A DNA stretch of 64,000 bases from assembly GCF_009914755.1 (NCBI RefSeq), contig NC_060925.1. One strand, given 5' to 3'. Position 1 is the stretch's first letter; every line of letters starts with the position of its first letter. This document shows positions 1 through 16,649 of this stretch, one piece after another. This stretch comes from the human T2T-CHM13v2.0 reference genome, Homo sapiens. The translations under genes were made by a program, and so were the position numbers. The notes beneath the pieces are model-generated. The model was not told where the DNA came from, ran no database searches, and was given only the letters and a program-made list of their open reading frames with translations.

Positions 1-80
1 TCCCACCAGGCCCCACCTCCAACACTGGGGATCACATTTCAATATGAGATTTGAAGGGGACAAATATCCAAACTATATCA
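1..80 (-). mobile_element. MaLR LTR (MST-type) end, partial at window edge
   Basis: CCCACCAGGCCCCACCTCCAACACTGGGGATCACATTTCAATATGAGATTTG...CAAACTATATCA resembles the reverse-complemented MST/THE1 LTR terminus. Confidence 0.7.
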
Positions 81-3000
81 GTGGGACTTTGGTAAATAGT
101 TTATCATATCTTTACAATGTAATACTGGCCAGAAAAGTAGAGGGAAATATCAGCCAATCACCAGCACTATTATGTTTAATTAATTTTTCATTCCATTCAA
201 TAATGTTTGCCTCATCTAAACACATCTTAAATGAGAGCATTTACATAAATAATTACAGCTACAAAAAATGAGATGAAACATGAGTATCATTCATGAGAGG
301 AGAAAAGGGAATAGAAAAGGAAAGTGTGTTTCTTTTAATAAAATACCATTTATATATTTCTCATTAATTACTAAAACAAATATAAAAGAAAATGCAGGCT
401 GTGGCATCTGTCGTATCTGAATTTGAATACTAATTTTGCTAATTCCTTGAGCAAGGTATTTAGCATCATTGAATCTCAGTGTCTTCACTTGTAAATAGGG
501 ATAATAGTCTATACATCACATGGATGCTATGAGACTCAAATGATGTTATATGTTTAAATCTCTCCATTCATCATGTTACTACTCCTGAAAGTGACTGACT
601 CAAGGACCTTACTATAGATCACTAAGAATAAAAGCCTTCCATGATATTCATTGTAACTTCATATTAATTATGGAATAAGTTTTCCACAGGACTTTTTCTG
701 GAACTGAGTATAGTGGCACCTGGTTGTTTGCAAACATGGACTGCGAGCACCGAGCCAAACTAGATTGGCGGCCATCTTTGCTACCACATCAAGACAGCCT
801 GCCTTGAGAATGAAGCCAGCACAGTAGAAAGTAGATCCAAAATATTGAGAGAGAAAGAGAGAGATTATTTGAGTTCAGCTTCCATGAAGTGCTCAGGCCC
901 TGTCTCTATGTCAGGTTTTCTTAGAGCCTGTCAATCTCTCAGCATTGATTTTACACCACCACATGGGGTCCTTCCTAATCCCACAGGCCTCACTGTCTCC
1001 AGACTTACGTCCTCTTTCATCTTGCTGCCTTCTCAGCAAGGTAAATCCCCAATTCTTCCTTCAGCATGCAATAACTACAATAACAGCAATAACACTAATA
1101 AGATCACATATCTAAGGAGTGTTTTATTGTGTGACAAGCACTGTTCTAAACATATTCAATTTATTGTCTCATTTAATTCTAACAAAAAAAAATGTAGTAA
1201 TTATTATTATTACCCCAATGTGGGGTAGTGGAGGCCCACATACATTAAGTAAACTTATCTTTATCTACTTTTTAAGGACAAGTTTTGTTTGTTTTTAAAA
1301 TTTTTTTTGTCTTGATCCTTCAGGTCTTTGCCTTTTGATTTCTAAAACACGTTTTTTCTCCTAAGGAAAAAAAAAATCTCGAGAAAGAAGAAAAGCTTTG
1401 CCATTCACATCAGTTTACTCTGAAAGTAGTTTTAGGAGCTTATTTCAGAAGTCAGAAACTGAACATTGATGGATGATTCTGGATGTTTAGGGGAAAGGTA
1501 ACAAAGAAGTAAGAAAAGAATACTTCATTACCATATTTCAAAGTATTTTCAAAACAGGATCTGGTTAATGACTTTTTTTTTAATCTAAGCGAAGTATGGA
1601 AAGGACATTGGTAGCACTGTACAACGGGAACTACTGGAAACAGACTCAAGTGCCACCAGGACCCTCTTTCCAGCACTAACCTATGTGCACTTTCTTCTCT
1701 TTTGGTGGCCTGGCCTCCTTACCACCATGAAAAACATGTCCTCCAGCAGGTCCTCAGAGTCACATGGTAACTTTTGCCACCAGAAAGAGGCTGACTCTTT
1801 TTTCCTACTTGCAGTTTAAAATAAAAATTCCAAAAAAAGACTCTCATTGTCCTGGCCTAGAGCATTGTCACCCTGGGTTAATCAACCATGCCCTAGGCTT
1901 GGGTTCGCAGGAGATGATGGGGAGATCTTTAAGAACCACTTTACCTATCTAGATTCAATCTCCACCCCCACCCTTCCACGATTTAAGTGGAATTCAACAA
2001 TTTCTATATTATCATCAAAATAAAAATAACGATTTATAGAACCTCAAGAGGCTCACCTAACTGAACTGCAGTCAGAGGCTGTAACCTTCTGGTTAAGTTC
2101 AGCCAGTGGGAAACCTCAGCTGAGAGGCAGAGGGAGTGAGAAGTGTGAGGTGGAGCTGTTTATTTCCCTGGCTCCTGCCTGTGAGTTCATCACAGCCTGG
2201 TTACATTCTTCAACCAAAGGACAGAAACTGCTCCCAAGGGAGCCCTCTCCACATGACCCTTCTGGGATCTATTAAAAGCTCTTCCTCTATTCCCCAATCT
2301 TGGGGTGGGAGGGGTGGGCTGACAACCTTACTTTCACTGGCTGAGGGGTGCTGCACTATCCCTTGTGATTTTCTACAGCCCACTCAGAACTTCCTCCTGG
2401 AATTATTTTAACTATAGGGTGCCATATGTTTCATTTGACCCTGACAGATACAGTCATCACAAACAAACACTTATTACTAGATATTGACATATATTAAAAG
2501 AGAATTGAATAGAATTCTTGATCTCATTCCTTCATCTTTATCAATTCAACAAATAATGACTGGGCTTCTGTATGCCAGGCCCTGGGCACATGTTCATGTC
2601 ATGCAATGACATTAGTATATGACCAAAGTGATGATATGGCTAATATTCCTGGGATGCAGGAGGAAGAAGATTCATTTGAAGCTTCTCCTCTGAACGTGGA
2701 TGAAATGTGGTCGAGAATATAAGCTCTAGCATCAGATAAACCTGGGTGTGCACCCCAGCTCTGCCTCTCTGTGTGATTCTGGGCAGGTTACTCAATGTAT
2801 ATAAATCTCTGTTTCCCCACCTGCCAAATGGAGATAACAGTGAGATTCACCTCAGAGATCTATTGGAAGACTATATAAGGTAATATGAAGTGCTTATCGC
2901 ACTGCCTGACATGTAGCAACGGCTTAATAAAAAGTATTCATTATTATATATGTATACAATATACAGTCATATATCATATATAATGATTATCTATAAAATT

Positions 3001-3817
3001 TAATTCTATTTAAATTCAGAAATCATACATTAAAAATTTCTTATGCCTTTAGCATTGTATTAGACTCTGAGGAGGATAAAATCCGAGCTTGCTTACCATT
3101 TCACTGGAAACGCAGGTATGCTTTAGCCAATATCAAGTGGATTAGGAGCCAGGATGGCAGTGGGGACCCAGTGCATGGAAAGGAGGGACATTTTTACCTG
3201 AGAGGAGGTAGAGTGCTACCTGGAGAAGAAGACATTTGAGATGGTCTTGAAACATGAGTGGCTGTTTCTCAGATGAACAAGATGGGGAAAGATATTCCAT
3301 TTGAAAACTAAAGAGCAAGAGTAAGGACACAGGAGCACCTTTATAGACAGATGGAGCCTGTGAGGCTGGAGCAGTCCACAAGAGGGGCACTGTGGTAGCG
3401 GGAGAAGGGGCAGTAGGGAATCACACTTTAGACCTCGCTAAGGGGAATGTCATTTAAGATCTGGTAGATAGATTGGAGCGGGAGATATAAGAGGTAGAGA
3501 GCCAGTTATAAAGTTGTTGAGACTTTGAAGTATGTCCACAACAATGGGGCCTGGGAAGGAAGAGACTTTCAAGGTCAAACCCCAGCAGTATTGAACACAC
3601 TTTTGAGATAGTCACGTAAATGTACGAAAATATTGTCTTCTTGTTCTCTCTCAGAGCACTTGACAGGAAACCTAATTAGAGCCACTTGTTTCTTTCAATA
3701 GAGTCCACCCAGAAGATTAAATCCCTCCATGTTTCCATACTCTTTTGATTAGCCTATGGGGTGGGTGGGTGTGATTTGAAATTACTTTTTAGAAATAAAT
3801 TTTATGTGTATTTTCAG

Positions 3818-3942
3818 GTCCTCCCAAACATTTTCCTGTGGTCACCGTCAATCATATTTTGAAAGATGTAGTAACCAGCTATCTACAAGTAGAAGAATAT
3901 GAACCAGAGCTCTGTAGACAGATGACTAAAACCATTTCTGAG
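3818..3942 (+). CDS. DYNLT5: Dynein light chain Tctex-type 5, penultimate coding exon
   Basis: ttttcAG acceptor at 3816-3817 and GTacgt donor at 3943; 125 nt encoding (G)[42 protein letters not shown]-part of a Tctex-1 domain recognised as TCTEX1D1. Confidence 0.95.
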
Positions 3943-4085
3943 GTACGTGTGTGATTTGCCCAAAGTGTTAACAATAGCTAGAATATTTGCTAAAGTACAA
4001 CGGACCCTCTACTTTTTTGATGAGGGGAATTAATTTGCAGTAACAGTTAAAATGCATATTTATAATTAGGTCATATTCTACATAT

Positions 4086-4119
4086 ATGTGTGTGTGTGGG
4101 TGTGTGTGTGTGTGTGTGT
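4086..4119. repeat. (TG)n microsatellite
   Basis: Direct reading; one interruption. Confidence 0.9.
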
Positions 4120-4791
4120 ATATACATAAAGCCTTTGTCTAAAACAATCATGAGCATCATTTGCATGCATTATGTAAAAGTGTATAAAACTGCCCCATTT
4201 ATAAAAGTGTTTATTGTAAAAGATACAACATTTTAATGATTATTTTCTCTTCACTAAGGCAGCTTCTTTGAGTGCCATCAAATACAGACATTGTGGTCTT
4301 CAAGCACATTTCTATTTTTACAAACCCCAGGGCTGCACTTCATCAAGGTTTCCTCTACTTTCTTTTTGATAACAAACTCTTTAATAAACATTAATGATTA
4401 GTTATATTACAGGAGACTCCAGATGTATGGTTTCTTAATTAGACATGAACAAGACAGTGTAACTCCAATGCCAACATTCTTTGACATGAAGCCATCTTAA
4501 CATAAATTTTCAAAGAATGTAATTTATTAAATTCTGTGTTCTGGATTATAATTATTTCATGTATCTTAGAAAAGGTTGATTTATTGCTGGTGTTAAAATT
4601 TTGTTCCTGAATGTTCTATCTCAAGGGGACCATGCTTGAAGGGAATCATACTTACGGTTCTAAAACAATCACTGAAAGTATCTACAATGCATCATGCTAT
4701 TAAATTAAATCCCTTATATTTATAACAAAGGTTAATGCTTTTGAGTTTCAATGTAGCTGAATGAAGACCCTCCCTTTTTTTAAATTTCTAG

Positions 4792-4995
4792 GTTATTAAA
4801 GCCCAGGTCAAGGACTTGATGATTCCACGGTATAAACTAATTGTGATTGTTCACATTGGACAACTGAACAGGCAGAGCATAATTATTGGAAGCAGATGCC
4901 TCTGGGATCCTAAAAGTGATACCTTTTCATCTTATGTTTTCAGAAATTCTTCTCTCTTCGCTCTTGCAAATGTCTATGCAGTTTACCTTGAGTGA
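4792..4995 (+). CDS. DYNLT5: Dynein light chain Tctex-type 5, last coding exon
   Basis: tttctAG acceptor, phase 0 with the previous exon; [18 protein letters not shown]...[35 protein letters not shown], with the Tctex-1 RYK and CLWD motifs; TGA at 4993-4995. Confidence 0.96.
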   Translation, partial: VIKAQVKDLMIPRYKLIVIVHIGQLNRQSIIIGSRCLWDPKSDTFSSYVFRNSSLFALANVYAVYLE

Positions 4996-6590
4996 TTGAA
5001 AATAAGAAATCTAGCTCTTACTTTTGAAAATTCTGAGGCAGGCTGTATGTCTGTACACAAAAGTTTTACTGCCAAAAACTTTGAGAAAGAAACAACACTG
5101 ATATTTCAAACAACTGGAAGCTTTTGAATTTTTTCATATTCTAGTAAAGATTTGGGGAGGGGAGGGTAGCCACAGAAAGAATCTTGTTTATCTAAAGCAG
5201 GAACTTGATCTTGGTTTTGCTGGATTGCTTTCCATAGACATAGATTCTTATTAAATATTTGTTTTGGTACTAATTATTTTAATTATTCTTTAATTAGAGT
5301 GTTACAATTTCCTGCATTGTTTTTTAATAAAAAGAAGCTTTAGAAAAACTATGGCTATATACCCTGACCAATAAATGATAGTAGAATATTCAACATGGTA
5401 TACACAAATGATAAATAATGTGCCTCAGTGCTGCATATAAAAGAATACTGGTTTTCATTTTGTACTTAATAAATTGAGCAGCATTCATTAAGTGCAATTA
5501 TTGTTACATGTACCTGACAGTTGAAACTGCTGAGGTAGAATTAATGGCTTCATAACAATTATCGTGGTCCCACGGGCTGCAAGCTAAAACTAGAAGCTCT
5601 TGTGGCTTGCCTGCACTTTACACAATTGTGGGAGAACCGAAAGTTGGCTCTTCAGTAATGGAAACTATAAAGTGAATAAAGGCTTTTTGGGACACTGAAG
5701 TAGACATTGTGATATTAAATATACATGATGCTTAATACTAAATGTGTCTGTAACACATAAAATCATTTATTGGAAAGAGACATTGCTTTTAAATATCCTA
5801 GGCTAACAAACTTTTTCACAAAATATATGGCTGGCACCTTAACAAATAAAGCATGTGTAGTTACCATTTTACTCCTATGAATTTAATACTAAAGTGACCC
5901 AGTGAGGTTTTTGAATAGACGGGTGCTAAAATTTACAGGGCTGAAATAGCTTATTATTCTGCTGGTTAATGTATCTTACGCCACGGATCATTTATTTTTA
6001 TGAAGCTTTCAAGTCTTTGTGTGCAAGTAAAATGATGTTGTGGCGTTGTTCTTGGATGGTAAGTGGACTGCCTAGAGGACATTTGTTAAAGGTCAAAGAC
6101 TAATTGTACACATATGGAGAAAATTAGCAATGCTGTAGTCTTAAGGAAAAAATGATTTATCATTCATATCAAAAAGAGTTTAGCAAATGGAAAACCAGTT
6201 AATGCTTTAATTTTAAAATGTTTTGGTGTCTTACTTTTCCCTAAAAATGACATGTAGTAAAAAATGGATACTTTTAAAATCCCTTCCCTTCTGCTATTTT
6301 CTGGCTTTTAAAGTGATTATTCAAAATGAATTTGTCAATTTTCACTATTTTTTTTTCTGTTAGTGCATTAGTGGGAATATGTCTATGTAATAATTTATCA
6401 CAACCAATATTTGTCAATCTCCATAGAACAGTTTTCAATCTGGATTAGATTACACGTATAATAAGTAAATGAGCTTCATATTTTCATTACACATTGGTGA
6501 ACATCTCCCTTCGTGGAACAACAGCGGGGGTAATCATATCACTAATTTTGTATGAATAAATGAAAATGAAGAAACTTCTTTAACATATAC
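4996..6590 (+). other. DYNLT5: DYNLT5 3'UTR with several AATAAA signals
   Basis: AATAAA at 5326-5331, 5370-5375 and 6555-6560, among others; the actual cleavage site cannot be determined from sequence. Confidence 0.55.
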
Positions 6591-6853
6591 AAAGTCTATT
6601 GTAACAATGACTGTTTGTTTTAGAGTTCTAAATTCTAATCCATGAGATAATTTCTTACTGTCTTCCCCAGGCTGTGTTGAGAATCGAAACTGCAAAACAT
6701 GACGGCAGTTAAAAAACAAAAAAGAAAGCAGTTTGCCAGCATATTGCTACACACTGTAATTCAGATACTCAGTGATGAATTCTAGCAATTATATAGCAGT
6801 ATAAGAATACATAGTAAAAACTCACTCCTTGCAACTAACTTGGGAGAAGCTAG

Positions 6854-6928
6854 TTATCACACAGAACTTTATCATGAGAAATTTTTAATGAAATTATCAC
6901 ACAGAACCTTATCATGAGAAATTTTTAA
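6854..6928. repeat. Local tandem duplication, 40-bp period
   Basis: TTATCACACAGAAC(T/C)TTATCATGAGAAATTTTTAA at 6854-6888 and 6894-6928, 1 mismatch. Confidence 0.9.
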
Positions 6929-7958
6929 AACAATGACACTATAAATTTGAAGGAATTGTTTTACTTTGAAATGCCCTGAACTTCCCTGGTATTTTTTTCC
7001 TCTCCTAAAGTGCCATCCTTCTTCCCAGACCAGCCATGCCCATCCCTGCTCCAGAGCCTTCACTCATGCTTTCCTACCTTGGAACACCCCCTCCCACTTA
7101 AGCCACTTTCTTCGCTTTTCAGGGTCACATTCAAGTCTTACCTTTTCTCTCAGTCCTTCTCTATTCACTGCTTGCCTCCTGCTCTCTCTCTCCTCTGATT
7201 ATTCTCGTGGTTGAGCTCTTGATTGTTCTCTAGCTAACTTTTGAATTCTAGTTTTGTTTCCCTTACTATTAATAGACTGAAGACATATTGAGGACATGGA
7301 CCACATAACTTGACAGTGCCTAGAAATAAAAATCATTTTTACTTTTAAAGTTATCATTATGTGCATTGCACTGTGCTACATAACTCCCAGCTGCATAGAT
7401 AATAGCAAACACAGTTCAACCCCTGAGGAACTAGGATCCTATAGGGGTGAAAAGAGAAGTACACAAGTGACCACAGTATAGGCTCAAATATGTTGTCATA
7501 AGAAAAATCCAGAATATATTTATCCAATTAACAGAATCAAGGAAGCCTTCATGAAAGGAAAGAAAATTTAAGCTAGACTGTGATGGAGAGATTAGAATTT
7601 CAACAGGCAGAAGATTACAGGAAGCCTAGGCTGGATAAAACACAGTGTTCACGAAGATAAGTGGTTAGAACTAAGATTAGAAGGAAGATGGCCAAATAGG
7701 AACAGCTCCGGTCTACAGCTCCCAGCGTGAGCAACGCAGAAGATGGGTGATTTCTGCATTTCCATCTGAGGTACCGGGTTCATCTCACTAGGGAGTGCCA
7801 GACAGTGTGTGCAGGACAGTGGGTGAAGCACACTGGGTGCGAGCCAAAGCAGGGCGAGGCATTGCCTCACTCGGGAAGCACAAGGGGTCAGGGAGTTCCC
7901 TTTCCTAGTCAAAGAAAGGGGTGACAGATGGTACCTGGAAAATCAGGTCACTCCCACC

Positions 7959-8126
7959 CTAATACTGCGCTTTTCCAATGGGCTTAAAAAAATGGCACAC
8001 CAGGAGATTATATCCCACACCTGGCTCAGAGGGTCCTAAACCCATGGAGTCTCGCTGATTGCTAACACAGCAGTCTGAGATCAAACTGCAAGGCAGCAGT
8101 GAGGCTGGGGGAGGGGCGCCTGCCAT
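7959..8126 (-). pseudogene. L1 ORF0 (antisense 5'UTR ORF), frameshifted to 55 aa
   Basis: MAGAPPPASLLPCSLISDCCVSNQRDS... is the primate L1 ORF0 N-terminus; the frame diverges at the A-run near 7986-7992. Confidence 0.8.
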
Positions 8127-8507
8127 TGCCCAGGCTTGATTAGGTAAATAAAGCAGCCGGGAAGCTCGAACTTGGTGGAGTCCACCACAACTCAAGGAGG
8201 CCTGCCTGCCTCTGTAGGCTCCACCTCTGGGGGCAGGGCACAGACAAACAAAAAGATAGCAGTAACCTCTGCAGACTTAAATGTCCCTGTCTGACAGCTA
8301 TGAAGAGAGTAGTGGTTCTCCCAGCATGCAGCTGGAGATCTGAGAGCGGGCAGACTGCCTCCTCAAGTGGGTCCCTGACCCCCAAGCAGCCTAACTGGGA
8401 GGCACCCCCCAGTAGGGGCAGACTGACACCTCACATGGTCGGGTACTTCTCTGAAATAAAACTTCCAGAGGAACGATCAGGCAGCAGCATTTGCAGATCA
8501 CCAATAT

Positions 8508-8575
8508 CCACTGTTCTACAGCCACTGCTGTTCTACAGCCACCGCTGTTCTACAGCCACCGCTGTTCTGCAGCCA
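8508..8575 (+). repeat. 4 x 17-bp tandem repeat in the L1 5'UTR
   Basis: CCACTGTTCTACAGCCA / CTGCTGTTCTACAGCCA / CCGCTGTTCTACAGCCA / CCGCTGTTCTGCAGCCA. Confidence 0.95.
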
Positions 8576-8753
8576 CCACTGCTGATACCCAGGCAAACAG
8601 GGTCTGGAGTGGACCTCTAGCAAACTCCAACAGACCTGCAGCTGAGGGTCCTGTCTGTTAGAAGGAAAACTAACAAACAGAAAGGACATCCACACCAAAA
8701 ATCCATCTGTACATCGCCATCATCAAAGACCAAAAGTAGATAAAACCACAAAG

Positions 8754-9766
8754 ATGGGGAAAAAACAGAGCAGAAAAACTGGAAACTCTAAAAAGCGAGC
8801 ACCTCTCCTCCTCCAAAGGACCGCAGCTCCTCACCAGCAATGGAACAAACCTGGATGGAGAATGACTTTGACAAGCTGAGAGAAGACTTCAGACGATCAA
8901 ACTACTCTGAGCTACAGGAGGAAATTCAAACCAATGGCAAAGAAGTTAAAAACTTTGGAAAAAAAGTTAGATGAATGGATACCTAGAATAACCAATGCAG
9001 AGAAGTCCTTAAAGGAGCTGGTGGAGCTGAAAGGCAAGGCTCGAGAACTACGTGAAGAATGCAGAAGCCTCAGGAGCCGATGTGATCAACTGGAAGAAAG
9101 GGTATCAGTGATGGAAGACGAAATGAATGAAATGAAGCGAGAAGGAAGTTTAGAGAAAAAAGAATAAAAAGAAATGAACAAAGCCTCCAAGAAATATGGG
9201 ACTATGTGAAAAGACCAAATTTACATCTGATTGGTGTACCTGAAAGTGACAGGGAGAATGGAACCAAGCTGGAAAAAACTCTGCAGGATATTATCCAGGA
9301 GAGCTTCCCCAATCTAGCAAGGCAGGCCAACATTCAGATTCAGGAAATACAGAGAATGCCACAAAGATACTCCTCGAGAAGAGCAACTCCAAGACACATA
9401 ATTGTCAGATTCACCAAAGTTGAAATGAAGGAACAAATGTTAAGGGCAGCCAGAGAGAAAGGTCAGGTTACCCACAAAGGGAAGCCCATCAGACTAACAG
9501 CAGATCTCTCGGCAGAAACTCTACAAGCCAGAAGAGAGTGGGGGCCAATATTCAACATTCTTAAAGAAAAGAATTTTCAACCCAGAATTTCATATCCAGC
9601 CAAATTAAGCTTCATAAGTGAAGGAGAAATAAAATCCTTTACAGACAAGCAAATGCTGAGAGATTTTGTCACCACCAGGCCTGCCCTAAAAGAGCTCCTG
9701 AAGGAAGCACTAAACATGGAAAGGAACAACCAGTACCAGCCACTGCAAAAACATGCCAAAATGTAA
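8754..9766 (+). pseudogene. L1 ORF1p, frameshifted
   Basis: ATGGGGAAAAAACAG start; fragments ...ELREECRSLRSRCDQLEERVS and RPNLHLIGVPE...LQKHAKM* lie in different frames. Confidence 0.92.
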
Positions 9767-9829
9767 AGATCATCAAGGCTAGGAAGAAACTGCATCAACT
9801 ACCAAGCAAAATAACCAGCTAACATCATA

Positions 9830-13650
<3,821 letters not shown>

Positions 13651-16649
13651 ACAATGAGAACACATGGACACAGGAAGGGGAACATCACACTCTGGGGAGA
13701 GTTGTGGGGTGGGGGGAAGGGGGAGGGATAGCATTAGGAGATATACGTAATGCTAAATGATGAGTTAATGAGTGCAGCACACCAGCATGGCACAGGTATA
13801 CCTGTGTAACAAACCTGCACATTGTGCACATGTACCCTAAAACTTAAAGTATAATAATAATAATAAAATTTAAAAAAAAAGAACTAAGATTAGAAGAATA
13901 CTTTGTGAGTGTCTGGGTAAGAAAATGAGTAATCATTAAAGGTTTTTCATTAGGCTAACAGTATAAATGAACGGACGCTCTAAGAAAATGAATATGTTGG
14001 AAAAGAACAGAAAGACTCTTTGGGGGGGTGAGAGGTAATAGAGGCTGGAAGAGGCAGTGGCATTGGAAATGGAAAGGAGAGGACAGTTCTATGAGACACT
14101 ATGCGGGCAAGGTCTACATGAGTAGACAAGGGGAAAGAGGAGTCAGAAGTGACCCCAACACAATATGAAGACAGTTGAAAGTTTCGAGCTCTGGACATTT
14201 GCAGACATTTGTAGGTCTGAGTCCTGCTGTCCCAGGCACAAGTTAAGTGACCTCAAATAAATTACTAATCTCACTAAGCCACAGCTTCTTCATTGTAAAG
14301 GAATGATAATACTGCTACCTACCTCATAGGATTTTGGTGAGAATTAAATACACATGTTTGCTAAACTCTTAACATCATAATTCCTAATAGAAAGCTCTCA
14401 ATACAGTAGCTCTTAAGATTGCAGTTGAAAGTTTCAGTATGGGTCACTAGTTCAATGGACCTATTAACAAACATAAGGAAGTCAGCAGAGTTTGAGGAAT
14501 AAAATATGAAATTTGATTTTGCACTTGTTGAATTTAAGTTAATGATGGGATATTAAGATGGGGTTAGCCTCCGGCAGCTGAGAACATGGGGCTGGAGCTG
14601 AGCTACGACATCAAGGTGAGAGATTTAGACTTGGCAGTCATCCACATTGAGACCGAACATCCTCCTGCTTTATAAAATATTCATTAGCAGAATCTTCAGC
14701 AAGTGTAGTGAGTACTAATAGCAAATTACTAAAAATTCAGTTAACTCTGGGAACATAACCAGAAACCACCCCTCAAAAACTAATAGGAAATTTTTTTTCC
14801 AAAACTAAAATTAAATGATGCCTTCTTTTCTTCATTAAAAAAATTCCCAGATGATCCATTTATGTTGTCAGACATCATAAAAAATGTAAGGGTTCTCTCA
14901 AAAATACATTAGCATCTTGAATGGAGGTGTCAGTGCTGTCATCTGCTGTCATTGTTAATAAAATGGCTTTAAAGAAAATACATAATAGGAGGTTCTTCCA
15001 ACAGAGTCCAACAGATTATATTTTGGGAAATTAAGTGCTAGTTCAACTCCTTTATTTAAAAAAAAACTCTTAAGAATTATCCAGTATATGGGAATGATTT
15101 TAAAAACAACAACGGTTGAGAAATTAGAGCTCGTAAATGTAGCCATCCTAGAGAATGAACACACTCTTTGTTGGGACCATCATTTGACCTGTGTTTCTAG
15201 ATATTACTCAAAAATATATTAAGAAAACTCAATATTAAATAGTTATTCATAATTTACTATGCATTTTGCTCCCAAAATTCTTCTAAAGGAGTGGCCTGCG
15301 CCCGTTACCTCTGATTTTCTCTGCCACTTCTTTCTATGCTACTTTCACCTTCTGCAATCTAGTTCTCATCCCCACTAATGTGTTACTTTCACAAGCAGTC
15401 AAAGTGGTCCCCCAGGACAATCTGCAAAACATTTCTCCAGTTGCATCCACCTCAGCTATCTTCTGAATTCATTTCTTTTGAATCACGTTGTAATATAGAT
15501 GGTTAGGTTTTGGTCGCTTTCTTTTCTTTTTTTTTTTTTTAGCATAAGTTTGACAAAAATCTCCTTTAGCTGCCACCCTTACTAGCTGTGTGTGACTTTG
15601 GTTTGCGGCGGCTAGTGTCTTGAGCCTTAGTTTCCCCAAAGGTAAAGATGATTATGATTACTACTTATGTTCTTGTCATGACGACTAAAAGGAAAAGTAT
15701 GCATAGAATATCTGACCCACTGTAGATGCTTACTCTCAACCTCTAATTTTTTCCTGCAGCAACTCTTTTCTAAAAAATTGAACAGATATTTTTGCAATTT
15801 CTGCTCACTACCCTAATGTAATACCCTAGATTACATTTTTTCTTTTATCACCTTTAATCATCTGCTGCTGCCTTCTTTGAATGACAATTTCTTCTCAAGT
15901 CCACATTTATTATACAGTCCTGTACATCTCCAAATTTAGCTTCTCGTGGCTGATGTCTACCTGTTTTTAAATGTTTCATTCGGATGTCTTAACTCTCACT
16001 TCAGTAATTTCTTGATTCCTTTGAACATTTCTGTTCACTGCCGCCTATTTTATCCTGTTAATTCTCATTTGAATTTATATATTCCTCTAGTATGTTCACA
16101 CAGAATAAACATACTAAAGGTTTATTTAGACATATATATTATCTGTTTAAAGTCTCCTGTAATCTCTTCTTAATTTCTTTCCTTGCCAATTTGAGTACAC
16201 TTTTGTTTTTTAATTTTAGTGCAGGATATAACTTGAGACTTGTGGTTTTCCACCCACCCACCAGGGTATTTCCCCACCTAGCAAGGCAAGGAACCAGTAT
16301 AACCAGTACGGGAAGCACTAAGCTTCACTTTACATTTGTGATCAGAAAAGTTGCCCACGGATGATGATGAGGGTGAATCATCTAACTATTAAAAGGACAG
16401 AATATCCAGCCCGATTTGTTTAGGGGTTTCTGGGAAATAGTTTTTTAAATTCCTATGAAAAATATCAAGTTTAAAGACTCATAATTTCATGTTGAAACTA
16501 AAGGAAAATAAACTGTATGTTGTTGGTTAATTATATAATTATATTTATTTTTTTCCTTTAAGGAAATGTGTTATATAACAAGAACTTTGGTAGGACAGGT
16601 GTAATAATTTTTTTAAAATATATAGTTAAATTGCTTGCTTGCATCCCAA

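Noticed and set aside
4996-5127. 43 open codons after the DYNLT5 TGA (stop read-through or selenocysteine?)
   Set aside because: The context TGA-TTG is not the TGA-CTAG read-through motif, no convincing SECIS was seen, and the Tctex domain ends naturally at YLE. This length is plausible by chance.
8508-8575. Tandem repeats as a CRISPR-like array
   Set aside because: Head-to-tail units with no spacers, inside a human L1 5'UTR.
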